Shown one piece after another: positions 25,393 to 34,901 of a DNA stretch of 43,371 nt. Source of the DNA: Candidatus Woesearchaeota archaeon (GTDB lineage Archaea; Nanobdellota; Nanobdellia; Woesearchaeales; J072); contig RFII01000047.1 of assembly GCA_003695265.1 (NCBI GenBank), positions 1 to 43,371 on the forward strand, in the 5' to 3' direction. Each line of letters begins with the position of its first letter. Position 1 is the first letter of the stretch. Both the position numbers and the translations under genes were made by a program. The notes beneath the pieces were generated by a model. That model was not told where the DNA came from and searched no databases. It worked only from the letters and a program-made list of their open reading frames with translations.

Positions 25393-27114
25393 ATGGAAAA
25401 ATTCAAGGAAATTGTTATAAAAATATTAGAGGATTACTTTGGCAACACTTTTAGCAGGGAAGAGCTTGAGAGCAGTGTTAAAATTCAAGATGTAAGTGGG
25501 AAAAAAAGAAATCCTAATTTTGGGGAGATAGCATACCAAATATTTGATTTTGCAAAGCTGTGCGAGCTTAACGACGCTTCCTCACTAGCAAGAGAAGTCG
25601 CTGATGAATTAACATTGGATGAGAGGATAAGCAGAGTCGAGGCTGTTGGGCCGTACATAAATTTTCATTTTGATAGAAATGCTCTTATTGAGGGAATACT
25701 TAATGAGGTTGAAGAAGAAGGGGAAAAGTTTGGAAGCAATAACTCAGGTGAAGGAAAATTAGTTGTCCTTGATTATTCCGCACCAAACATAGGCAAGCCG
25801 CTTCATGTAGGGCATATAAGGTCCACTATTCTTGGAGACAGCATAATCAGAATTCTTAATTTCAACGGCTACAAAACTCACGGCATTAATTATTTGGGTG
25901 ACGTGGGTCTTCATATAGGCAAGATAATTTATGCTTTTAAGCAGTGGGGTGACAGCGCTAAGATTGAAGCAAACCCCGAGCAGGAAATACTTGACCTTTA
26001 CATTAAGTTCTGTAAATTGGAAGAGAAAGATGAGGCTCTTACTAAAAAAGCAAAAAAGGAGGTAGAGCTTCTTGAGAAAGGAGACCTTGAATCAAAAAGA
26101 ATTCACAGATTCATTGAGGAGATGAGTTTAAGGGCTTTTGATAGGGTTTATGACATGCTGAATGTGTCCTTTGATGAAACAACAGGCCAAAGCCGTTTCT
26201 CAGAGAAAGGAAAACAGGTAATCCATGAGGCTCTTAAAAAAGGAAAGGCAGAGCTTACTGAGGACGGCGCAGTAGCTGTTGATCTGTCAGAATACGGCCT
26301 TCCGAGAAAGATGGTTCTGAGGAGTGATGGAACTGCTATTTACAGCACTCAGGACATAGGGGCTGCAATTCACAGAAAAGAAAGATTTGATTTTGACAAG
26401 TTGCTATATGTTGTGGCCACAGAGCAAGAGCTTTATTTCAAGCAGCTTTTTGCGATTCTTGACAAGTTTGGATATAAATGGGCTAAAAATTGCTTTCACG
26501 TTAATTTTGGTATGATAAATCTTCCTGAGGGAAGAATGTCAACACGTGAAGGAGCACTAGTTTATTTGGAGGAAGTCTTAAACAAGTCAATTGATGCTGC
26601 GCGCAGAATAATCGAGGAAAAAAGTCCAGGCATTCCAAACAAGGACGAAGTTGCTAGGATGGTTGGCGTCGGCGCAGTAAAGTACATGGTGCTAAGCGTG
26701 GATTATTCAAAACCAATAGAATTCAGTTGGGACCGCGCATTAAACATTGAAGGAAATTCAGCCCCCTACATTCAGTATTCATTTGCGAGAGCTAACAGTA
26801 TTTTAGAGAGGATTGGAAGAAAGCCTGAAGGCTTTTCTCCTGAGCATTTAGACACTGATATAGAATTTGATCTTGTCCGGAAGATTGGAATGCTTCCGAC
26901 AGCCGTAAAGTTTGCTGGTTTAGGTTATAAGCCGCACATCATCGCGAATTATGCTAATGAGCTTTCTGGAATGTTTAACACTTTTTACAACAAGGTGCGC
27001 GTAAAAGACTCGGGAGAAAAATTAGGCTCAAGGCTAAGACTTGTTTCTGCTTACATGACAGCTGTTCAGAATGCAATGAGCCTGCTTGGAATAAAAATGC
27101 CAAGGAAAATGTAA
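25393..27114 (+). CDS. argS: Arginyl-tRNA synthetase paralogue (copy 2)
   Basis: GPYINF, DYSAPNIGKPLHVGHIRS, NYLGD.G, RSDGT..Y...D, RMSTREG, APYIQYS.AR, C-terminal RKM. Confidence 0.93.
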   Translation: MEKFKEIVIKILEDYFGNTFSREELESSVKIQDVSGKKRNPNFGEIAYQIFDFAKLCELNDASSLAREVADELTLDERISRVEAVGPYINFHFDRNALIEGILNEVEEEGEKFGSNNSGEGKLVVLDYSAPNIGKPLHVGHIRSTILGDSIIRILNFNGYKTHGINYLGDVGLHIGKIIYAFKQWGDSAKIEANPEQEILDLYIKFCKLEEKDEALTKKAKKEVELLEKGDLESKRIHRFIEEMSLRAFDRVYDMLNVSFDETTGQSRFSEKGKQVIHEALKKGKAELTEDGAVAVDLSEYGLPRKMVLRSDGTAIYSTQDIGAAIHRKERFDFDKLLYVVATEQELYFKQLFAILDKFGYKWAKNCFHVNFGMINLPEGRMSTREGALVYLEEVLNKSIDAARRIIEEKSPGIPNKDEVARMVGVGAVKYMVLSVDYSKPIEFSWDRALNIEGNSAPYIQYSFARANSILERIGRKPEGFSPEHLDTDIEFDLVRKIGMLPTAVKFAGLGYKPHIIANYANELSGMFNTFYNKVRVKDSGEKLGSRLRLVSAYMTAVQNAMSLLGIKMPRKM

Positions 27115-27115
27115 G

Positions 27116-27934
27116 ATGAACCCTGTCCAAGCATTAAAGGACTTGAGCCACCCAAACAAAGAAAGAAGAGAAGAAGCATACCAAAAAGTGCGTGAGTACT
27201 TGGTTTCGATTGATCCTGATGTTGATCCTTATTTTCAGCAGTTCTTCAGGAAAGTTTCTGCTTATGAGGGAAAATTAGCCAGAGAACTAACAAAGCTCGC
27301 TGTTAATGTTATTGAAGGTCCGGAAATAAAACACGAAGCAGAACTTCGCTCTTTAGCTGATTTTAGGCTAAAGGAGAAAGAGCTTAATGAGGCGTTTGCG
27401 TTTTACAAAAAAGTATCGCCCCTTTTTCCTTCTCTAGATTACGTGGTTGATCTGTGCTGCGGAAACGGACTAAACGGCATGCTGTGGGTTTTGCAAGGCA
27501 ACGCAAAAAAAGCAGTCTCAATAGACAGGGAGGAAAATCCTAATTTTGAAAGGGTGAGAAGAAGAATTCTTGAGTGTGGAAACTTAAACCAGGAAAGCAT
27601 TGTTTTTTATCAGAAAGACATCTATGAGCCATTACCTATTCTTACAGGCAAAGGCCTTATTATTTCCATACATGCTTGTGGAGAGCTAACTGACAAAGTG
27701 ATTGATTCAAGCATTGGTCATAGCTTGCCTTTTGCAGTTATGCCCTGCTGCCATGATTATGAAAACAAAAGCGATTATATTATTCCACAAATCTTGAGGT
27801 ATTTTGATATTGGAATTGCAATTGATATAATGCGAGCAATTCATATCCACCAAGCAGGTTATGATATAATTCTAAGGAGAATCTCAGAGAAAATAACAGA
27901 AAAAAATCTGATATTAATAGGAAAACCAAGATAA
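27116..27934 (+). CDS. Class I SAM-dependent methyltransferase (Methyltransf_32-like)
   Basis: VVDLCCGNG (motif I), SID, SIHACGELTD, MPCCH, C-terminal T.KN.ILIG. Confidence 0.82.
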   Translation: MNPVQALKDLSHPNKERREEAYQKVREYLVSIDPDVDPYFQQFFRKVSAYEGKLARELTKLAVNVIEGPEIKHEAELRSLADFRLKEKELNEAFAFYKKVSPLFPSLDYVVDLCCGNGLNGMLWVLQGNAKKAVSIDREENPNFERVRRRILECGNLNQESIVFYQKDIYEPLPILTGKGLIISIHACGELTDKVIDSSIGHSLPFAVMPCCHDYENKSDYIIPQILRYFDIGIAIDIMRAIHIHQAGYDIILRRISEKITEKNLILIGKPR

Positions 27935-29122
27935 TCATTTAAAGTATTTCTTCCCAACTTTTTTATAAGCTTCCCTGAAAGGAACGCATTTCTTAACAAG
28001 CTTATAAGCCTCTTCTGTCGCAAATAATTCCGGCTTCATTGCTTTCCTGCATTTTTCCTGGTTAATCTTAAGGCTGTTGATTAATTCACACATTATTTCA
28101 AGGCATTCTTTAGTTATTTCTATTGACTTGATTAAAGGCTCTTTTGTCAATTGCAAATCACGATTGTAGCCAGAGATTAAATTGCTGATAATCCCCTTAA
28201 TCTTCATTTCCTCTGCCACGACAACATGGTACTTTGCCCTTATCAGCTCAAGAACGTCAGGATTTTTCTTTTGAGGCATTATAGAGCTTCCAGTGCAGAC
28301 TTCTTCGGGCAGCTCAATAAAGTTGAATTCCTTCATGTTGAAGAGCATCAAGTCACTTGAAAGCTTGTTAAGGTCAAACATCACCTGAGTTAATAAGTGC
28401 AGTACTGTTGACTCAATCTTTCCCCTACTGAGCTGCGCGTACATTGGATTATCCATTACTTTGAAGAAGCCGAGCTCTTTAGCAGTCATTTCCCTGTCAA
28501 CATTCAATACTGGAACGCCGAAGCCTGCGGCGCTTCCTAAAGGAGATTGGTCAATAAGTTTGAAAGCTGTCTCGAGAAGCTCAGCATCATCTTTTAATGC
28601 AGTAATAAAGCTTCCAAGCCAGGTTCCTATAGTTGTTGGCATAGCTGGCTGCATGTGCGTGTAGCCTGGAATTTGCACTGAGCCGTTTGCTTTAATAAAT
28701 TTCTCAATAGCATTCACTAATTCATTAATGAGCTCATTAATCTCTGCTAATTCATCTTTTTCATAAAGCCTTAGTGCAACTAATACTTGGTCGTTTCTTG
28801 AGCGCCCTGCGTGTATTTTTTTGCCGACTTCGCCGTAGTTTTTTGTAAGATAATTCTCTATTGCTGTGTGGCAGTCCTCATCCTCCTGATTTATCTCAAA
28901 CTTTCCTTTTTTGTCAAGTCTTATTATTTCCTTAAGGCCTTTCACTGCTTTCTCCAGATCAGTCTTGCTCAGAACGCCTATTTTTCGGAGCATTTTTGCA
29001 TGCGCTATGGATGCAAGGCAGTCATACTTTACTAGTTTTTGGTCTAGCAAAAAGTCGTTGCCTGTTGTGAAATCAACGATTTTCTTATCAATCTTCTTTC
29101 CCTTATCCCACAGCTTTGCCAT
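27935..29122 (-). CDS. argH: Argininosuccinate lyase (short form)
   Basis: N-terminal KLW, H.GRSRNDQV, PGYTHMQPAMP, SPLGSAAG, GSSIMPQKKNPD signature, GYNRDLQ. Confidence 0.95.
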   Translation of the reverse strand: MAKLWDKGKKIDKKIVDFTTGNDFLLDQKLVKYDCLASIAHAKMLRKIGVLSKTDLEKAVKGLKEIIRLDKKGKFEINQEDEDCHTAIENYLTKNYGEVGKKIHAGRSRNDQVLVALRLYEKDELAEINELINELVNAIEKFIKANGSVQIPGYTHMQPAMPTTIGTWLGSFITALKDDAELLETAFKLIDQSPLGSAAGFGVPVLNVDREMTAKELGFFKVMDNPMYAQLSRGKIESTVLHLLTQVMFDLNKLSSDLMLFNMKEFNFIELPEEVCTGSSIMPQKKNPDVLELIRAKYHVVVAEEMKIKGIISNLISGYNRDLQLTKEPLIKSIEITKECLEIMCELINSLKINQEKCRKAMKPELFATEEAYKLVKKCVPFREAYKKVGKKYFK

Positions 29123-29124
29123 TT

Positions 29125-30378
29125 TTAATCGAAGTAGTCTTTGTTGTGCTTGTCAAGGATTGCCTTGTTTGCTTTTAAGCGGATGGCGTTTATCTTAATA
29201 AATCCTTCTGAATCCTGCTGGTTAAATCCGCCCTCAATGTCCATGCTTGACAGATCCTTGTCATACAGTGAACTTGGTGATTCTCGCGCTAAAACAGAAA
29301 CATTCCCCTTATAGAGGGATAAATGCACAACGCCGTCAATCATTTCCTGGCTTTTGTTTATTGCGCTCATCAGGAAGTCCATTTCCGGTGAGAACCAGAA
29401 ACCATAATATACTAACTCGCTGAATTTTGGGGCAAGCATGTCGCGGAGCCTCATAACCTCGCGGTCCATTGCTATTCCTTCGATGTCTTGGTGGGCTACT
29501 CTTAATATGGTGTAACCTGGAGTTTCATATATTCCGCGGCTTTTAATGCCTACAAACCTGTTCTCCACCATATCAACAACTCCTATGCCGTTAATTTTTC
29601 CAAGCTCATTAAGGTAAGTGAATAATTCTAAAGGGTCCTCGACTGTTTTTTTGTCCTCTTTGTTCACAACCTTTATTGGTATACCGTCTTTGAAATGAAT
29701 CTCTATTTTAGTCTCTTTATCGGGTGCTTCTTTTAAGGTGTTGCAGTACTTTAATATTTTTTCATCAAAAGGCACTGAAGGGTCTTCCAGAATGCCTGCT
29801 TCATGGCTTATGTGAATCAGGTTTGCGTCCTCGCTGTAAGGCTTTTCTTTTGACTGCGAAACATCTATTCCATGCTTGCTCGCGTAGTTTAGAAGGTCTG
29901 TTCTGCCCTTGAACTTCTCTAGAAACTCTTTGTTTTTCCATGGCGCAATAACTTTTATGTCAGGGTCCAAGGCGTAATAGCTTAGCTCAAAGCGCACTTG
30001 GTCGTTGCCCTTGCCAGTAGAGCCATGAGCAACAAATTCTGCGTTTTCCTTATGCGCTATTTCAATCTGCTTTTTTGCAATAAGAGGTCTTGCAATGCTT
30101 GTTCCAAGCATGTACCTTCCCTCATAAACAGCGTTTGCCTTTATAGCTGGGAAGACGTAGTCTGTGACTAATTCCCTTTTTAGGTCTTCCACATATACTT
30201 TTGCTGCTCCTGTTTTTATTGCCTTCTTTTTTATTGCTTCAAAGTCGTCTGGCTGACCGACGTCAGCAACATAAGCAATTACTTCATAGCCTTTCTCAAC
30301 CAGCCACTTTAATATTACTGAAGTGTCTAGGCCACCACTATAAGCCAGAACAACTTTTTTCTTTGTTTTTTTCTGCAT
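29125..30378 (-). CDS. argG: Argininosuccinate synthase
   Basis: [48 protein letters not shown]. Confidence 0.97.
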   Translation of the reverse strand: MQKKTKKKVVLAYSGGLDTSVILKWLVEKGYEVIAYVADVGQPDDFEAIKKKAIKTGAAKVYVEDLKRELVTDYVFPAIKANAVYEGRYMLGTSIARPLIAKKQIEIAHKENAEFVAHGSTGKGNDQVRFELSYYALDPDIKVIAPWKNKEFLEKFKGRTDLLNYASKHGIDVSQSKEKPYSEDANLIHISHEAGILEDPSVPFDEKILKYCNTLKEAPDKETKIEIHFKDGIPIKVVNKEDKKTVEDPLELFTYLNELGKINGIGVVDMVENRFVGIKSRGIYETPGYTILRVAHQDIEGIAMDREVMRLRDMLAPKFSELVYYGFWFSPEMDFLMSAINKSQEMIDGVVHLSLYKGNVSVLARESPSSLYDKDLSSMDIEGGFNQQDSEGFIKINAIRLKANKAILDKHNKDYFD

Positions 30379-30515
30379 TTTGACTTACCCCACAACAATC
30401 ATATTTCTCATAATTTTGATTTTATTTATTAATTTATCGTCTAAGATTAAACATTTTATGACATAATTGTCCGAAAAGAAACATTTAAATATTTGGAGAT
30501 ATTAAAATATAAATT

Positions 30516-31151
30516 ATGGCAGAAAACATAACAAAACTTGTTGAGAATTATATTTTAGAGCATGCGAGCATAAAAGATTGCCTGAAAAACAAATTAATTA
30601 ATTACTCAGCATTAAGCAGAAAAATATCAAAAGAGCTGGGTGTAAAACCTAAAAACTTCGACGCTGTTCTGGTTGCATTAAGAAGGCTTTCTAATAAACT
30701 GGAGAAAAAATCAGTATCGCAAAGAAGAACAATGGATATTGTAAAGAGAAGCAGCTTTGAAATAAGAAATAAGGTTGCAGTATTAGTCATAGAAAAAGGA
30801 ATAATACCAGACTCTGTTTTTAAACTGCAGAAAGAAATAAGGAAAACTAGTGGAACTTTGCAGATAATAGAGGGTGCTTCTGCAATAACAATAATAACAG
30901 ATGAGGCAACATATAAAACGGTTCGGGACGCATTCAAAAATAGGATTATAAAAACCAGCCTTGACCTAGTGGCAATAATAATAAAGAGTCCAGAAGACTT
31001 GGAAGAAACTCCAGGAGTTATCTCTTATTTTTATTCATTGTTGGGAGAAAGAGAGATTAACATTGTTGAAACAATAAGCTGCTGGACAGACACAATCATA
31101 CTTATTGAAAAGAAAAATTTGGACAAGACATTGAAAGTTATAAGGCTTTAA
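30516..31151 (+). CDS. HTH-like N-terminal domain + tandem ACT domains; putative amino-acid-responsive regulator
   Basis: LINYSALSRKI...AVLVALRR helical N-terminus; C-terminal TPGV...L....INIVETISCWTDT ACT motif; divergent from argG. Confidence 0.78.
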   Translation: MAENITKLVENYILEHASIKDCLKNKLINYSALSRKISKELGVKPKNFDAVLVALRRLSNKLEKKSVSQRRTMDIVKRSSFEIRNKVAVLVIEKGIIPDSVFKLQKEIRKTSGTLQIIEGASAITIITDEATYKTVRDAFKNRIIKTSLDLVAIIIKSPEDLEETPGVISYFYSLLGEREINIVETISCWTDTIILIEKKNLDKTLKVIRL

Positions 31152-31190
31152 ACAACAATATTTAAATAGTTTTAGAGAAAAGCTTCCCTT

Positions 31191-32633
31191 ATGAAAGAAA
31201 CAAATCTTGGGATAACTGTCAGGAAAGAAGATAATTCAAGTGAGTGGTACACCCAAGTAATTCAGAAAGCCAGGCTTGTGGAGTACGGACCAGTTTCAGG
31301 ATGCCTTGTTTACAGGCCCGAGAGCTTTCAAATATGGGAAAAAATAAGAGATTTTTTTGATAAGGAAATAAAGAAGCGCGGCGTGAAAAACGCTTATTTC
31401 CCTCTCTTAATACCAGAATCTTTGTTCAAGAAGGAGGCAGAACATGTTAAGGGGTTTGCTCCTGAAGTAGCTTGGGTCACTCACGGCGGCAGCACAAAGC
31501 TGAACGAAAAGCTTGCTATAAGGCCGACTTCTGAAACAATTATGTATGATTCTTACAGGAAATGGGTGAGAAGCTATAAGGACCTCCCTATTTTGATAAA
31601 CCAATGGTGCAATATTGTCAGGTGGGAATTCAAGCACCCTGTTCCTTTTCTTAGGGGCAGAGAATTTTTGTGGCAGGAAGGACACAATGTTTTTGCCACT
31701 CAGCAAGAAGTTGAAAAAGACACAAAGGAAATTCTTGACCTTTACGCAAAAACGTTTGAGGAATTGCTGGCTGTGCCTGTTATTAAAGGAAGGAAATCTG
31801 AGAAAGAAAAGTTTGCAGGAGCCTTGTACACTTTAAGCATTGAGACATTTCTTTCAAACGGAAAAGCTGTTCAGGGCGCGACATCACACAATCTGGGGCA
31901 GAACTTCGCAAAGGCTTTCAACATAAGTTTTATTGATGAGAATGAAAAAAAGCAGTACGCGTGGCAGAACTCATGGGGCTTAAGCACTAGGTCATTAGGT
32001 ATTATGATATTAACGCATTCAGATAACAAAGGGCTTGTTCTGCCGCCAAAAGTTGCTCAGCACAAAGTTGTGATAATCCCAATATTCTTCAAGGATAAAA
32101 AGGAAGCTGTTTTAAAAGCAGCTAACGATTTAAAATCAAGACTAAAATCTTTTGATCCTATACTTGATGACCGCGATGATTACAGCACTGGCTGGAAATT
32201 CAATGATTGGGAGCTGAAAGGAATACCCTTAAGGATAGAGATAGGGCCGAAGGACTTGGAAAAAAAGCAGGCTGTTCTTGTGACAAGGCATGATGGCAGG
32301 AAAGAATCTGTGAAGATAAAGGATGCTCCAAAAAAGGTTGCTGAATTACTCGAGCAAATGCAGAAGGAGTTGTTTGAGAAGGCTAAGAAGTTTATAAAGG
32401 ATAATACTGTCACGGCAAAAAATTTTGATGAATTAAAGAAGGCTATAAACAATAAGAAACTTGTAGAAGCCTACTGGTGCGAAAACCAGGAATGTGAGAA
32501 TTGGATAAAAGACAAGACTGGCGGCGCAAAAACGTTGAATATTCCTTTTGAGCAGCCAAGTATGAAAGGCAAGAAATGCGTTTGGTGCAAAAAGCAGGCC
32601 AGCGTTCTTGTTTACTTTGCAAAAAGTTATTGA
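31191..32633 (+). CDS. proS: Prolyl-tRNA synthetase (archaeal/eukaryotic type)
   Basis: EHVKGFAPEVAWV, RPTSET, VRWEFK...FLR.REFLWQEGH, SWGLSTR, C-terminal AKSY. Confidence 0.97.
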   Translation: MKETNLGITVRKEDNSSEWYTQVIQKARLVEYGPVSGCLVYRPESFQIWEKIRDFFDKEIKKRGVKNAYFPLLIPESLFKKEAEHVKGFAPEVAWVTHGGSTKLNEKLAIRPTSETIMYDSYRKWVRSYKDLPILINQWCNIVRWEFKHPVPFLRGREFLWQEGHNVFATQQEVEKDTKEILDLYAKTFEELLAVPVIKGRKSEKEKFAGALYTLSIETFLSNGKAVQGATSHNLGQNFAKAFNISFIDENEKKQYAWQNSWGLSTRSLGIMILTHSDNKGLVLPPKVAQHKVVIIPIFFKDKKEAVLKAANDLKSRLKSFDPILDDRDDYSTGWKFNDWELKGIPLRIEIGPKDLEKKQAVLVTRHDGRKESVKIKDAPKKVAELLEQMQKELFEKAKKFIKDNTVTAKNFDELKKAINNKKLVEAYWCENQECENWIKDKTGGAKTLNIPFEQPSMKGKKCVWCKKQASVLVYFAKSY

Positions 32634-32644
32634 AAGGAAGTTTT

Positions 32645-33679
32645 ATGATAAGAATAGATGGTGATTATGGAGAGGGTGGCGGCCAGATTGTCAGAACAGC
32701 CCTGGCTTTATCAACAATCACAGGAAAACCATTTAAGATTACTAACATAAGGAAAGGACGCAAGGTTGCTGGCCTGAAAGCACAGCATTTACATTGCATA
32801 AGAGTATTGAAGGAATTATGCGATGCAAAAACGAACGAAATTAATGTAGGATCTGAGTATTTGGAATACACTCCAGCCAAGATAAAAGGCCGAACAATTC
32901 TTGTTGATATTGGAACAGCAGGCTCAATCACGCTGCTTTTGCAGGCTGTTCTTCTACCTTGTTTGTTCTCAAAGGAAAAAGTCAGGTTAAAGATTAAAGG
33001 GGGTACTGATGTTAAATGGTCAATGCCTATAGATTATTTTTGCAATGTCCTTTTACCTTATTTTAAGAAGTACGCTGATATTGAGTGTCTTCTTGAAAAA
33101 AGGGGTTATTACCCTAAAGGAGGCGGAAAAATTGACATGAAAATAATCTCAAAAGGATCAGAAGTACCTGTTAATCAATTTGAGCGCGGCAAATTAATCG
33201 CGATAAAAGGGATTTCAAACGCTTCTAAGCACTTATCAAAAGCAGAAGTTGCTGAGAGGCAGGCAAGAGCAGCAAGAATAATGCTGTCAAGCTTGAATGT
33301 TTCTATAAGAATTGAAACTCATTACGCAGAAGCGCTCTCAGCAGGCTCAGGCATTTGCCTGTGGGCGTTGTTTGAGTCAGAGGATTTTCCAGTATTAATA
33401 GGAGCTGATTCTCTAGGAGAGCGCGGCAAAAAATCTGAGCTAGTCGGTCAAGAAGCATCAGAGAAATTGATCAAGGAGATTAACTCCGGAGCTTGCGTTG
33501 ACCAATGGGCTGCGGACAACCTTATTCCTCTAATAGGGCTTTTCGGCGGCAGAATAAAAACTTCTGAAATAACAGGTCATACAAGAGCAAACATTTACGT
33601 TACAGAGAAGTTCTTAGATTGCAAGTTCATAATAGAAGAAGATAAAAAAATTATAAGCTTAGAGAGGCACAATGCCTAA
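32645..33679 (+). CDS. rtcA: RNA 3'-terminal phosphate cyclase
   Basis: DG.YGEGGGQIVRTALALS, GL.AQH, GTAGSI.L, RGYYPKGGG, VAERQ, TGH..N catalytic His. Confidence 0.95.
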   Translation: MIRIDGDYGEGGGQIVRTALALSTITGKPFKITNIRKGRKVAGLKAQHLHCIRVLKELCDAKTNEINVGSEYLEYTPAKIKGRTILVDIGTAGSITLLLQAVLLPCLFSKEKVRLKIKGGTDVKWSMPIDYFCNVLLPYFKKYADIECLLEKRGYYPKGGGKIDMKIISKGSEVPVNQFERGKLIAIKGISNASKHLSKAEVAERQARAARIMLSSLNVSIRIETHYAEALSAGSGICLWALFESEDFPVLIGADSLGERGKKSELVGQEASEKLIKEINSGACVDQWAADNLIPLIGLFGGRIKTSEITGHTRANIYVTEKFLDCKFIIEEDKKIISLERHNA

Positions 33680-34687
33680 TTCGTCGCTCATCTTAGCAAA
33701 TGCCTCATCTTTTTCTGTTCTTTGTTCTTTGCCAAGAATCCACGGCGACTTAACACCCGTTATTATTGTCATAACGCAGACTTTTCCTGTCATTCCTTCA
33801 TTTATTCTTGCCCCCCATATCACATTTGCGTCAACGTCAAGGCTTTCTGTAACTAATTCGCCGATCTTGTTGATCTCATCAAGCGTCATGTCAGGACCGC
33901 CCTCAATATGTATTAGCGCTCCTTGCGCTCCTTCATAATTGATGTCAAGCAATGGGTTTGAGAGGGCTCCTTTAACTGCTTCTTCCACGCGGTTGTTTGT
34001 GTCTGATGAGCCTATTCCAATAGCCGCTACGCCGCCATCAGTCATTATTGCTTTTACGTCAGCATAATCCAAGTTTACTAGGCTTGGAACAGCTATTGTC
34101 TCAACTATTCCTCTTATCATTGTTGCTATAAGCTCATTTGCAACTGCGAAAGCCTGTTGGATTGGCAAATCACCAGCGATTGAGACTAATCTGTTGTTAT
34201 CAATTACAATTACTGTGTCTGACACTTTCCTTAATTCTTGCAAACCGAATTCTGCCTTATCAATCCTTGCCCTTTCTATTTTGAAGGGCATTGTCACAGT
34301 GCCTATGACTATTGCGCCGTTGCTCTTTGCAACATTGGCAATTATCGGAGCTGCTCCTGTGCCTGTTCCGCCACCCATCCCCGCGCAGACAAAAACCATG
34401 TCAGAGCCGTTAACGCAGTCTTTTATCTCATTAATTGTTTCTTGGGCGGATGCAGCTCCCTTCTCTGGAAATCCACCACATCCTAAGCCGCGAGTAATGT
34501 TTTTTCCTATTAGGAATTTGTGATCAGCATCTGTTATTTGTAAGTGTTGCTCGTCTGTGTTGCATGCTATAATCTCGGCTCCCCTAATGCCTTTGTTGTA
34601 GAGCCAGTTTATCATGTTTGAACCTGCGCCCCCGACGCCAATCACTTTTATGTTAGCTTTTCCAACAGAACTTGTGGCACCATCCAT
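33659..34687 (-). CDS. ftsZ: Cell division protein FtsZ (FtsZ2-like)
   Basis: GVGGAG.N, NTD, GMGGGTGTG signature, IDNNRL, NLDYAD, VIWGARI; AGGTGA SD. Confidence 0.96.
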   Translation of the reverse strand: MDGATSSVGKANIKVIGVGGAGSNMINWLYNKGIRGAEIIACNTDEQHLQITDADHKFLIGKNITRGLGCGGFPEKGAASAQETINEIKDCVNGSDMVFVCAGMGGGTGTGAAPIIANVAKSNGAIVIGTVTMPFKIERARIDKAEFGLQELRKVSDTVIVIDNNRLVSIAGDLPIQQAFAVANELIATMIRGIVETIAVPSLVNLDYADVKAIMTDGGVAAIGIGSSDTNNRVEEAVKGALSNPLLDINYEGAQGALIHIEGGPDMTLDEINKIGELVTESLDVDANVIWGARINEGMTGKVCVMTIITGVKSPWILGKEQRTEKDEAFAKMSDELGIVPL

Positions 34688-34858
34688 TCTATTTTCACCT
34701 CTTTTGGTCTTTGGTTTTTTAAAATTTCAAAAAACAATACAAATATTTCATACATAAACTAGTATATAAAGTTTACGGATTTGTATACTGAGATATCTTT
34801 CTTATCTTTGTTTTTTGGAAAGAAATAATGTTATTTAGGATTAAAAAAAGAAAAGAAT

Positions 34859-34873
34859 GAGGCTCTAAGCCTC
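34859..34873 (-). terminator. Hairpin GAGGCT-CTA-AGCCTC followed by T-rich tract on the minus strand
   Basis: Perfect 6-bp stem about 30 nt after the stop of the 34902-36446 gene. Confidence 0.4.
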
Positions 34874-34901
34874 AAAAAAACACACCTCTTTTTCCACCAA
34901 A

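Noticed and set aside
19501..27114. Arginine codon reassignment explaining the second ArgRS
   Set aside because: CGG and CGA codons fall at conserved Arg positions (e.g. HAR in ArgRS1, DGR in Rrp42), and both tRNAs have identity elements matching their anticodons.
23864..27934. Integrative element at tRNA-Pro carrying the ADI operon
   Set aside because: No integrase and no duplicated tRNA 3' end (att site) seen by eye; composition is not obviously different.
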